Assembly (NCBI GenBank): GCA_043228905.1
Contig: JBHGNT010000017.1
Location: 12,896,001 to 12,960,000, forward strand
From: Azolla caroliniana
Taxonomy: Eukaryota > Plantae > Polypodiophyta
Length of the DNA: 64,000 nucleotides
Direction of reading: 5' to 3'
Shown here: positions 22,845 through 35,200 of the stretch, piece after piece
How the letters are laid out: the number at the start of each line of letters is the position of its first letter
How positions within the stretch are numbered: position 1 is the first letter of the stretch
Program-made: the position numbers and the translations under genes
The notes under the pieces: model-generated
The model's database searches: none
Seen by the model: only the letters and a program-made list of their open reading frames with translations
Told to the model about the DNA's origin: nothing

Positions 22845-22962
22845 GTGGTGTGGTCATATGAGCGCTAATACATGAATCCCATCAGAACTCCATAGTTAAG
22901 CGCACTTGGGCCAGTACAGTACTAGGATGGGTGACTTCTTGGGAAGTCTTGGTGCTGCACCC
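22845..22962 (+). rRNA. 5S rRNA copy 4 (diverged, possibly pseudogene)
   Basis: 118 nt with boxes A and C and a TTTTT terminator; several substitutions relative to the other copies. Confidence 0.82.
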
Positions 22963-23549
22963 TTTTTGCTTTCAGCCGTTTTCCTTTTGTGAAGAGTACT
23001 AGGATGGGTGACCTCCCGAGAAGTCTTGTGCATGGGTTGCGTTCTTGTCGTGCCCGAGCCGTTCCCGTGCGTGTGCGCTCCTGGCATTCCTAGAGGCGGA
23101 CGAGAGCATAGGATGGGTGAAGCGTCGAGGGGCAATGCCATTTGGTTTGGGTTAATTGCGTCATACGGATCAAGGAGAGGGCATAAGAGGCTATGGGGTG
23201 GGCATGGGTGGCGACGTTCGAATCCAGGCAAGGGAGATATATATATATATATAGGTTGTGTCTATTAAGCTTCCGTCGTATTCTTTTACAGTCTACAAGC
23301 TTCCGCACGCAGTTCTATACATTTACATAATTGTCCTAAACCTAGTTTGTCCGAGTCGGATTGTGTGAATACGGCCATTATATACCCGACGTATTCGAGA
23401 CCCACCAACCACACACCTAATCAAGCAACAACCTCACCTCTCAAATCCCTGTACCAAAGAAGGAAAGACCGCACTACTCCAACAATTGCTAGACTTGCTC
23501 AAAGTGCAATTCACTCTTTGCAAAGTGTATGAATATTTGGGCAACCCCA

Positions 23550-26500
23550 TGGACGAACATGGAGGCCATAGTATTTAAGAAAGTGGAATTTACACTTGGG
23601 AAGATTTCGTTCAAACTCAGCATCCAACCGTGGCATGACGTCCTCCGACACCTTAATGGCAGCCTGTGAGCTGGTGGTGGTTATAAGGAACAAGTCCTAT
23701 CCAACACCCCGAATGTCAACATCATTCACCAGCGATCAAAGGAAGCCCAAATCACACCACACCGAATGTCAACAACACCACTTGCGCCACTATCATAGAT
23801 ACAACGATCACTTATGCTTGTTGGCGCAAGTGGGGTAGCTCAAAGATGCTTCCTTCATATGTATGTCAAACACCGTAAGACAGATTCAAGAGGACACGAA
23901 AATGCAGGCAATGAGGATAGAAACCTAGGAAACAAGTGAGGGATTTCATTTTCTGCTTTATATTGGCACATCAGCGTATCGGGGCAACATTTTTGCGTTC
24001 AGTGTTAAGTTCACAGAATTTGGACACAACTGCACATAAAGATTTGTTAGCCATCCACATCTTCCAATACCAACCCCAACATGTCAAATAAGCACATTTC
24101 AGCAAGACTTATGGTGTCCACCATGTCAAAATTCCAGACATATCGCTATTGATTGTGGATTAAACAATGTATCGAGCGCAATCTGCCAAACAAATAAGCA
24201 CCCAACACAAAATTTCCATTATAATGGGTGGAACAAACCTACAACTCAGGTAGCAACAATTTCCATAGGAAATGCCCCAACAAGGCCCCCAACCAATTAG
24301 TTTCATGGGAGTTACAATGACAATAAAGGGTCCGAATGATTTCCGATGTAATGATCACGAATGTCATGACAATAAGGACAATCGGTCCAGGCTCAACAAT
24401 TGTAATGGGTGCGAACAACAAGAAATCCAATGTTTCATATGTGAGGAAATGGGCCACAAGAAGTCGTCTTGTCCATATCGCGCACGATTATTGAGAAGGA
24501 GAAGGACAAAGGGAAGTCATCCTTAATCAACATGGTGCAAATTACACTAGTGGAAGAAGGTCCCACTGTGGCAATTTTCGTAGCAACGCATGCATAGCCA
24601 AACAAAGCATGAAGAAAAGGTCCACGAGGAGGTAAGCAACCTTCGGCAAAAGGAAGACATTTTCACGAAGACTCCTACAATCCCTTCAAATACACCAATA
24701 ATAATTTCACCGGGTTCCTCAAGTTGCACCCATTCTCAACATGTCACATCAAACATAAATTGGTTCAAAGCATTGCAGGAGGAACTGGTGTCAACATAAT
24801 CACAAAACATTTTTTGCCAATAGATCAGCAAAGCATTGTGATTTCCACGGAAGAGCAAGATCCGGATACATTGCCGGAATTATTTGATGATGAGGCAATC
24901 CAAATAAACGTAAATTGGTTCACAGCATAAAAATTGTAAAATAATTAAATAAACAATTATGACTCCTTATATGAAGAGTCACACGAATAGACACATGTAT
25001 TCTATAAGAAAACAATACACGCCTCTCTCTAATTGAGTAGAGAAGAGCCATAACAATTCTAAATCAATCAATTCATCTTTCTCTCTCTATCTCCCTGTCT
25101 CTGAAATTCTACATTGTATCAGAGCAAGTTCCCTATTCTACCATAGAATAACTAGACAACGGCCTATAGATCAAACTTTCTAGAATCTGCACAGAAACAA
25201 CAACAAATCGTAGATCAAACTTTCTGCATAGAAACAAATAAATCACAGAATAGGCTACCCCTTCTAAAACCTGCAAACTCCTGTTTTGAACAAATAACCT
25301 TTCGTAGAAATGGCTCAGGCAACACCTTCATCCCAAAACTTCTTGTATAGAAAAACAACAATCAGCAAATTGAATAACACAAATTATAGAGTTTGGAGTA
25401 GCAAAATGACTCTCCTTTTCAAACAACTGAAGTTATGGGCATCAGTTGAGGGCACAGGTATACAACCCAACACGCTAGACCCAAACTACCCTACATGAGA
25501 AGAGAAAGATCTAGCAACAAAGCTAGAAATCATGACAAATTTGGAAGATCAGCAAGCAGATTCGATCACAAATTGTTGCACTGCAAACGCCATGTTGAAC
25601 AACCTAAAAAATGAATTCGAACCAACTACAGACGGATATCGGGTCATGACTCTAAACTCATTAGTAACTTTAATGATGCAAGAAGAAGATGATATGTGTG
25701 CATTTATAAACTCATGGAAATGAAAACTAGATGATTGTCTTACGTCTAGCGTCGAAATAGAATCAAAGTTGCAAAGACTCCTCCTATTAGGTGCATTGCC
25801 ACCATCATGGAGCACTTTTGTGACTACCCAAAATTTCAACACAAACACAACTCTCATTGACCTCATAAATTGTATAAGACAAGAAGAGGCAATGAAAAAG
25901 GCATGTCGACCGGAACAAACACAACACGCATTAGCAATGATAGCATATCATAGCAAACAACCCTATCAAAATCAAAGAATGGAATATAAGCCGAGAAACT
26001 ACCCAGAAAATTCTAGATCACAAACTGGAGGTCTCAGGTTCTCACAAATTTTTTGCACCATCTACAAGAATCTGGACATACAAACAACCAATGTAGGTTT
26101 AGAAAAACCAAAATTAAACAACCATATCAAACATATCAAAGACCTAGATCTCGAGTAGAAGCCCACATAGATGAAGAAATCTCAGAAGATGAGTCATACC
26201 CAACTTAAACAAACGAGGAAAAGATTGATGACGGTTATGATGACCTCATGCAAGCCTTTCTTGCAGAAGCTTTAATTGTAGCAATCAATACAAAACAGAA
26301 ATCAGACAACACCTGGTACTTTGATACTAGCCACACATCACATGACAAATAATAGAAAATCCATCAAAAATTATAACCCCTTACCAGTACCAATCCCTGT
26401 CGTGTTTGGTAATAATGGTAGACTAAATGCTTTAGGAAAAGGGGACATAGACCTTCTCATAGAAGAAAATCAACTTCTCACTATAGACAATGTTTTGTTC

Positions 26501-29500
26501 TTGGAATTACGAAAAACCTACTATCAGTCTGTCAAGCAACCAAAAATGACATCTCCATAAAGTTCGAAGAAACATATGCACAAATCAAGCATAAAACCCT
26601 GGTTGGACAAACAACGAAATACATTTGTAAGCACCTAGATGAAGGACTCTATCGCATCCCATGCACACCCAAAACCATTACATTAGAAGCTCACTATACA
26701 TCAACAAACGAACAATCTACTCTAACAAATCTGTGGCACCATCGACTCGCACACACTCATCTACAAGCCATAAAAAATATGTAACTTCATAACATGGCAC
26801 TAGGCCTTCCAAAAGCCCGTCTCACAAACCTGAAAATTTGTGAAGGGTGTATTCTTGGAAAATGCCCCAAAATACTTTTCCACTCCGACAAACCACAAGC
26901 AGTCGTCCATTGCAACTTGTCCACAACGATCTTTTTGGCCCCTTTCCTACAAAATCAATTAGCGGATCAGTATACTTCATAAGTTTTATCGATGACTATA
27001 GTAAATTCACCGTTATTATCTTCCTAAAAGCTAAAAATCAAGCTCTATCTGCATTTAAGAATTACCTTTCTCTTGCTGAAAACTTAAATTCCTACATGTT
27101 GATGGAGGGGAATATCACTCCAAAGACTTCATAAGCTTCTGTAAAACACAAGGAATCCACCATCGAAGGTCCGTCCCACACACACCCCAACAAAACGGCA
27201 CTGCAGAAAGGAAAAATAGAAGTCTGTTAAATGTTGCTCGCAGCATGTTACATGCTGCAAAACTAGAATCGAAATTCTAGGAAGAAGCCATTGCAACAGC
27301 CTGCTACATTCAAAATCGAATCTACCACCACTCCCTAGGATTCCTTACTCCATTTGAACTCTGGTATGGACATAAACCTCATCTCCAAAATTTGAGAATA
27401 TTTAGTTGTCCTACATTTGCTCACATATCAAATACAAAAAGAAAGAAACATGATCCAAAAGCTAGGAAAGTCGTTTTCGTTGGCTATGGCGATGCCCATG
27501 GTTACAAAGCCTACCACTTATATGAACCAGATAGAAACACATTCTTTTTTAGTAGAAGCGTCCTCTTTGATGAAGATAAAATTCTTCACGAACACAACTG
27601 TCCTATAGCATCCTCACCAATCACAGAAAATAATCAACACAACCAAGGTGTTGTTACTCGATGGCAGCTACACCACGACGAACAATCCTCAAATGATATC
27701 ACCAGGGTCGCATTAGCATTGTTCCTACACCGTCCTCAGTCTCCTTCACCTTGATGTCACCCTCACACTATTCATTCTCTGATGTTGAGTATAGCTCCAC
27801 ACACTTGGGTACCCCATCTAGTTTATCCCCCAATCCAAAATCTTCCCCTTTGCATCAAGAAAACAGTTATAGAACTCGAAAACTCACCTCGGAAAATCAA
27901 TCTTGACCCCCTCGTCCGAGTTCACGCTATCACACACAAAATCCAAGTTCAATACTTCTCCTACAAAACTAGACTCCCCTAACACTCCACAACCGAAACA
28001 TTCACACACTCCAGACAACGATACGACACCTCCTAAGCGCTTAAGATCACTATCTAACATTTACCAAGAGTTGGACAATTTGGAGTATCACTTTAGCAAT
28101 CTTGATAATGGTCACACACCTAACATCGACCAAGATAGTCCACATACCAATCTCGAAGAACCCACCAATGTCAAAGAAGCGTCTGAAGCCCGAATGCAGA
28201 TCACTGGATAAATGTAATGAAAAATGAAATGTAGTCCCATACCAAAAATAAAACATGGGACCTTGTGAGAAAACCCACAGACCGTAAAATTATAACCTGC
28301 AAGTGGGTACTCCGAATAAAACATGACCCCCAAAGATCAAAGCTAGACTAGTTGCTCGAGGCTTCACACAAGTACCCGGAATAGACTTCACAGATACCTT
28401 CAGTCCCACACTCCGAATAATATCTTTTCGACTACTTGTGGCCATCGTTGCGGCTATCAAACTTGAAATTCATCACTTGGATGTTCAGACCACCTTCCTA
28501 CATGGTGACCTTGAAGAAGAAGCTTATATGGAGCAACCTCCCTACTTCCAAAATACACAACTTCCAATACATGTCTGCAAACTGTGGAAGTCAATCTATG
28601 GCCTACGACAATCACCTCGAGCTTGGTATTATCGTCTCCATACCTTTTTAATTAAGTGTGGATATAATAGACTTAAAAGTGAACCAAACATCTACTTTAG
28701 AAAATCGGCATCTAACATCATCATACTAGGAGTCTATGTAGATGATTTTCCCTTACTATCAAATTCTCTATCCTATTTAAATTTCTGTAAACAAGAGTTA
28801 AAATCAGCATTTCCCATCATTGACCTTGGATCAATGACCTATTTTCTAGGAATAGAAGTCAAAAGAAATACAAGACTAGGTACAATATTACTCTCACAAT
28901 CTCGGTACATCGATAATATTCTAAAACGTTTTAACATGGACAATTGCAAACCCATATCTACCCCACTTCCTACCACACTTAAGTTGTCCACTGAAGATAG
29001 CCCAAAATCACCCATAGAAGAAACCTAAATGAAAAACATTCCCTATAGACAAGTTACAAGCTCCATACGATATCTAGTGAGTAGCACGAGACCAGATCTA
29101 TGCTTTAGTATTGGACTACTATCACGCTTTATGACAAATCCTGGTCCTAAACATTGGCGAGCACTTAAAAGAATTCTTCAATATCTTAAACATACTAAAC
29201 ACTTGTGTCTTACTTTTCAATCCACGCATTCGGAGTCGATCCAACCAAAACTGTGTGGATGGGCAAACCCCTCAACTGCTCTTCATGGATGGACCGGCGC
29301 CGATTGGGGGGGAGATGTGGATGACCAAAATTCCACAAGTGGTTACATTTACACCTTTGCCGAAGGCGCGATTGCATGCTGATCGAAGAAACAAGCTATG
29401 GTTTCACTATCTTCGACAGAAGTGGAATATGTTGCCGCTACCCTAGCTGCAAAAGGAATTTGGCTAAAAGCCATATTAGAAGAAATAAATTTTGTTGAAG

Positions 29501-30790
29501 AAAAACCAATAGAAATCTTCTTCGACAATCAGTCATGCTTAAAGTTGGCAAGCAACCCAATAATTAGCGACAACATATGTCACATATCTTTCAAGCATCA
29601 TTTCTTAAGAGACATGATTGAAGAAAAGAAGATCAACATAAAGTTTACGCCATCAACTTTGATGTGGGCAGATTTCTTAACAAAGCTAGTAGCAAGTTAT
29701 AAACATTTGCAAAGCGGCAAAAACATCAAACTACTCAATCATACAAAAACCGAAGATAAAAGCTTGGAATTTTGATTATTTTCCTTAGGGGGGAGTGTTG
29801 GAAAATATAAGCAAAAGAATAAAAATTGTAAAATAATTAAATAAACAATTATGACTCATGATATGAAGTGTCACACGAATAGACACATGTATTCTATAAG
29901 AAAACAATACACGTCTCTCTTTAATTGAGTAGAGAAGAGCCATAACAATTCTAAATCATTCAATTCATCTTTCTCTCTCTATCTCCCTATCTCAGAAATT
30001 CTACAAGTGGTGTCAACATAATCACAGAACATTTTTGCCAACAAATCCGCATAATTGATTGGGAGCTTGCACCTCTTCTTTTGCGAATGGCAAACCAACG
30101 ACTTTTGCTACCACTGGGAGTGTTTAGATGCCTGTCAATTTCTTGGGGTGGTGTAAACCTATCAACATTTGGCTCTTTTGGTCATACAAATAGAGGATGT
30201 CAATTCATCCTACCAGCTACTACTAGGAAGACCATGAATCCAGAAATTCAAACTTGACCAAAAATGGGACCAACCATATTTAAGGTTTTGGCACGGAAAG
30301 TAGAAAATTCAAATCCTGGTGCAACGTACACATTTACCCTGACAACATCGTCCACAAATTGCGGAAGGACTCCACATGTCAGCAGGACTAGCTAGATGAG
30401 GAGGAAGGAAGCAGATGCAATGATCAAATCTATTCCCACCTCAGTAAGTTTGTTTGAGGTGGATATCTTGCAAGCGCCAAACATTACAAGCAAGTAACAC
30501 CAACTGCAAAGAGTATTCAAAAAGTTGTCCGCGTCGAACACAACTTCTAAAAGGAATTGATGCACTTGTTGTCGAGTTTGCGACTACGATCTCGAGGAAT
30601 TGAATTTGGGGACGTTTGAGGATACAAAAATTGTAAAAATCGGTACAAGGCTACCAACAGAATTCAAGGCAACTCTCGCAACACTTTTGAGGGAGTATAA
30701 AGATATTTTTTCTTGGAGCTATATTGAAATGAAGGGCACAAACAAAAACATAACTAGTTGGAACAAAATATGGAATGCACTTGTTTGAAT
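23550..30790 (+). mobile_element. Highly degraded Ty3/Gypsy remnant (gag-PR-start of RT) related to element A, split by a Copia
   Basis: Knuckle CFICEEMGHKKSSC (~24430), protease-like GGTGVNII (~24780), YQLLLGRP (~30210), and NLGTFEDTKIVKIG...LLREYKDIFSWSY (30600-30788), which match motifs of A. Boundaries approximate. Confidence 0.75.
24927..30005 (+). mobile_element. Ty1/Copia LTR retrotransposon, decayed; 5' LTR truncated
   Basis: LTRs 24927-25113 (lacks the first ~23 bp) and 29796-30005. Degenerate PBS ttgtatcagagc; PPT ggggggag. Fragmented gag, INT (HNDLFGP), RT (YVDDF) and RH (SSTEVEY). Confidence 0.92.
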
Positions 30791-31144
30791 TATAATATTA
30801 GAGAAAATGTTTCAGTTATTGAATCTAGCATAAAGGTAATGAGATTCCATGGTTGTGTTAACACCATATTTGAACCCACGAGTCCTTGACATCTACTACA
30901 AAATTCTACCATCTTTGGAACTACCATTTCTCCTATCTACAAATCATTTCGAGTAATATATGTTGTTCTTTGAGGTACAAATTCCGTAAATTCGCGTCCA
31001 TTAAAGGTGATCTTGATATCTAGACAAATCATAAAAGCTAGTTTAAATATTGTTGCATCACATCTCTATCTTCATCTACAAAATAATGAATGGCAAGATT
31101 GAATATTTGTGTTGCTATTTACCCTCAAATCAAAGCCAAGCTTC

Positions 31145-31620
31145 CCAACAATGGCCAAAGGAGAGTTGTTATTCTTAAGAGAAATTATCTTCCCTCATCA
31201 AAATACGAGGTTGAGTAGAAGAGAAATGTGTGTCAAGATAGGTAAAGGTTGATGAACGTGGAAAAGGCAATCTCAAAGATGTAATATTGCAATGGACGCA
31301 CAAACTTGTTCAAGGCAAACATTCGTTGTCAATGGCATTTCAAAGCCAATGCCCTGACAAAGGGAAAAGTGGATCATCCTAAACCAACAATGGCCAAAGG
31401 AGAGTTGTTATTCCTAAGAGAAATGATCTTCCCTCATTAAAATACTAGGTTGAGTAGAAGAGAAGTGTGTGTCAAGATAGTTAGGTTGATGAATGTGGAA
31501 AAAGCAAGCTCAAAGATGTAATATTGCAATGGATGCACAAGCTTGTTCAAGGCAAACATTCGTTGTCAATGGGATTCAAAGCCAATGCCCTCACAAAGGG
31601 AAAAGTGGATCCTCCTAAAC
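31145..31620 (+). repeat. Tandem duplication, ~239-bp unit x2
   Basis: ccaacaatggccaaaggagagttgttattc... at 31145 and 31384. Confidence 0.85.
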
Positions 31621-32265
31621 ATGTACAAGTGTGGCATGGTAGTCCAAAGAAGAATGTGACTCCCTACCTCTCCCAAGTTGTGATGCATTGGTGTTGATGA
31701 AAAAGTTACCAAGGCATTAGGAAGTACTTCATATTCCATAATCAAAATCTCCTTTATATGCTGCATATTTCCAAAACTTGATATTTTCTTTATTTGTTTA
31801 TTTTTGGCAAAAACGACAAAGAGATTTTCTTTATTCTCAAAGGTAGAAAACATTTCCTATGGGACCAAAACTGGAACAATCTTGCATTGTATGTGTTGGA
31901 TTGAGTAGTGACTCAATGTTCAAAAAAATTTAGTTATTAAACCTTGGAATCAAGAGTGCATGATACGATTGAGGGAGAAAGCAATAGGAAAAACCAAAAA
32001 GTAGTCAATAGACACCAATCAAGACAATACTTTTTGGTAGCAAGTGGGAAAAGCGCAATAACAAGGACATACAAAAATACATATATGCATGATCCACCAA
32101 GCACACATTGAAGGAGTATCCAGCATAACATATGGGGATTGTGATTCATTGCTCGCTGTTTCTCTACTAGTCCATATATGGGGAATTCAATAAATGAGAG
32201 CTAATTTATAGTATGCACACTACACTAATTATGAAATATCAAGTGCAACGCATTCATGGTAGGTA

Positions 32266-35200
32266 TTATGCGAGTGTCCGAAACCATGATAGGAGACCCA
32301 AAAGACCCTTGTCGAGGACTTCGGAACGTCTCTCCAATCCTGCACCAACAAATATCTGTGTAAAGCTTGTACGGATGTGTACTTGCAACTAATATTTCCA
32401 AAAGAATACAATGCATGCACAAACCAAGATCTGCTGCTACTCTGTGTGCACACATTACTCCAGAGAATGCTACTGCAATAACACCCTGACCAGGGAAGCA
32501 ACTATCTCCAACACAGTACAATCCTTCAATGGCCTGTGAAAAATAACACCAAAATCAACTAAAACACCTTTAGGTGAAAAACTAACAAAAAGAATGTCAA
32601 TAATGTTAGAATTCTTAGTGGTTCAACAAATTACCGTTGTATTGAAAGGCATTCCCAAGAGTCCTTTAGGCTTGCCAACAGGTATCGGTCCATAGGTTCC
32701 AGCATCTCGTGCAAGGTACCGTCTGTGAGTCTTGGGTGTACCCACCTAAAAAACAGAAAGGACAGTGTAAACCAAAAACTCCAAACCCAAATTGAAATGA
32801 ATTATGGAAATATGAAAAAATACAGTTACTTCTTTCAAAGTGATTGCTTTTCTTAGGCCTGGAAAAAGGCTCTTCTCAAGTCTCTCCACAATGGCGTTAC
32901 TGACCACCTCTTTCTTAGCTACATATTCTGCTTGTGGCAGCCCCTATTAGTCGAGGATGAGAAAAGTTCTGAGATTACAAATTCATATCAAAAAACTAGT
33001 TTTACTTAATAGGGCTTATGGCTTGGGCTTAGAGTTTTAAGTTTTACAGTTTTGGAATGATATGCCTTTTTGTTTAGGTTTCAGTTTTCAGGGATCGTGC
33101 TAGTGGTTTAAAGTTTAGGGATTAAGGATTAGCAATGATGTGACCTTAGATTTTGCACTTAGGCTTATGGCTCAGCGTTTGGGGGTTAGGAATACTGTAA
33201 CTTTGGGTTTAGGCTTTAGAATTTATAGTTAAAGGTTTAGGGTTTAGGAATGCCGTGACTTTGGGTTTAAGGTTTAGGGTTTCGGAATTCCATGGCGTTA
33301 CCTCCCAATCATCCACCCATGCTGTTGTAAAGATATGAAGAATATGATGTCCTGGAGGAGCCAGAGATGGGTCCAGCACAGTTGGGATGCTCAAAAATAT
33401 GGTCCCATATGGAACCTCCAAATTCTTCCAATCATCCTACAGAATTTTATTGACATCAAAATTATATAAGAATTCACATCTATCTATACCTTCAAATAGA
33501 TGTGCTTCGAAGTCAGAATTTTCACATCCTTTAAGAGTCACACTTTTCAGTATCAACATAGGAAACGCTGAATTTTTATTACCATCTGACTAGAAAAAAA
33601 ATGACACATACTTCAAGAACAAGATGGTGGCACTCTGTGCCAGGAGGAAGTGCCTCCGCCTTAATGCCCATATGAATGGAGAGAAAGGATGGGGCTTTTT
33701 TATATAGTTTCTGAAAGTTCTGCTCCTCCATAGGTATTCTTTCCATCGGAAGTAGCTTTTCTGCTTGATGGATAGGAAATAAAGAGATATGTTCAACACT
33801 GTAAGATTTTAATCATGGAATCTCAAATAGAGATTTAGACTAGAAATAATGAAGCAACTAATATACCAAATGTATCCCACCGCGTCGCATTTGAGACTAC
33901 TTTTTTTGCAAATATTTCTCTCCCATTTGAGAGCTTCACGCCTACCTGCAATGTATTTCAAATTCCTCAGAGGACATGTTATGCATTCATTTCTCTGATA
34001 CAGAAAGGTAACCCTCTGCAAGTGATATACATATTTGATTACATCAAAACTAAGAAAGTATGTAAAACAGTCAAATTAAGTGTGTATGTTTGGCTGAATA
34101 AGAGATAAAAAGAGGTATAGTAAAAGTACATAAATAACAAAAGTTTAAATTTACAAAATGTATATCATATTGAAGCGCAAAGCTACACTACCCAATTTGT
34201 CAATCACTTTATGCAAAGTGTGAACTAGATGTCATGGCATCCCTTCTAAATTCCAGAGAGAAGTTGAAGCTTCGTATATCAGCATTCATAAATAAACTGA
34301 TGCCAAGTACATTACCTATCCACATTAAGCTTCTATCACTTTTTTACAGAGGGTAATAGCCATATTGACCATGAAGATATTTTATTTTTAAGAGAAAAAT
34401 CCTTCAAAAATATGTAACTTGTATATACAAGCAAATATTTAATAATATACATAGTTAAACTGATCGATAATCAACCTATTTAGCTATTAGTATTCCAATT
34501 TTATCAAACTTCTCTCAAATGATTTCCTAATCCAATTGCAAAGACCGTGACCAATATTTAACACAATTCAAGAAAACTCCATCTGCTCCATAATTATATT
34601 TTAAGAATAACCTTTCTGGCAATGTAGATGAACAAGTTCACACAAGAGAAATAAAAATTATTCATTTCGCAAACAGATGCAAGAGAACATTAAAACTGAG
34701 AACAGATATATCTTGCATATAAATAAGAAATATAGCATTCTAATAAGAATTATTCTGCCATACTCTAGTTACATGGTTCCATCATAAACATCAGCCTCCA
34801 ATAAAAGGGGCAACAAAACTATGTTAAGATCTAGGAAACTCCAAGCATTGTTACCAGCAGTCAATTTCAACTATTAAATTACTTGCAATAATTTTTTTCT
34901 CCTATTGAAATCTCAGAAATTTTATATCAAAGAGATCATCAACAAAACATCTGATGTTACTTTTGTAAAAAAATAAGATCCATATAAAAAAGAATAGGAG
35001 GTTGAGAAATGTATTGCAAATTTTGCACCCATGGAAATAACTATTGATTGACATGTTGCCTTGCTTCATAAATATCAGTATACATTTATTTGTGTGTGTA
35101 TGTTTTATGCGCATACATATACACATAAGCCATATGTATAAAGAGATTTGCAAGCATGTGCATATTATATGTATAAATATGCGCGCATATTGATGTGTAC

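Larger units (their letters stand above)
15618..23252 (+). repeat. Tandem array of ~570-bp 5S rDNA units (4 visible), interrupted by a Copia element
   Basis: 5S starts at 15701, 16272, 16836 and 22845; the spacers are alignable. The array ends at an (AT)n tract near 23250. Confidence 0.93.

Noticed and set aside
15618-23252. Tandem Cassandra TRIM
   Set aside because: The 5S copies are full length with T-run terminators, and the unit has no tRNA-Met PBS or TG...CA LTR pair.
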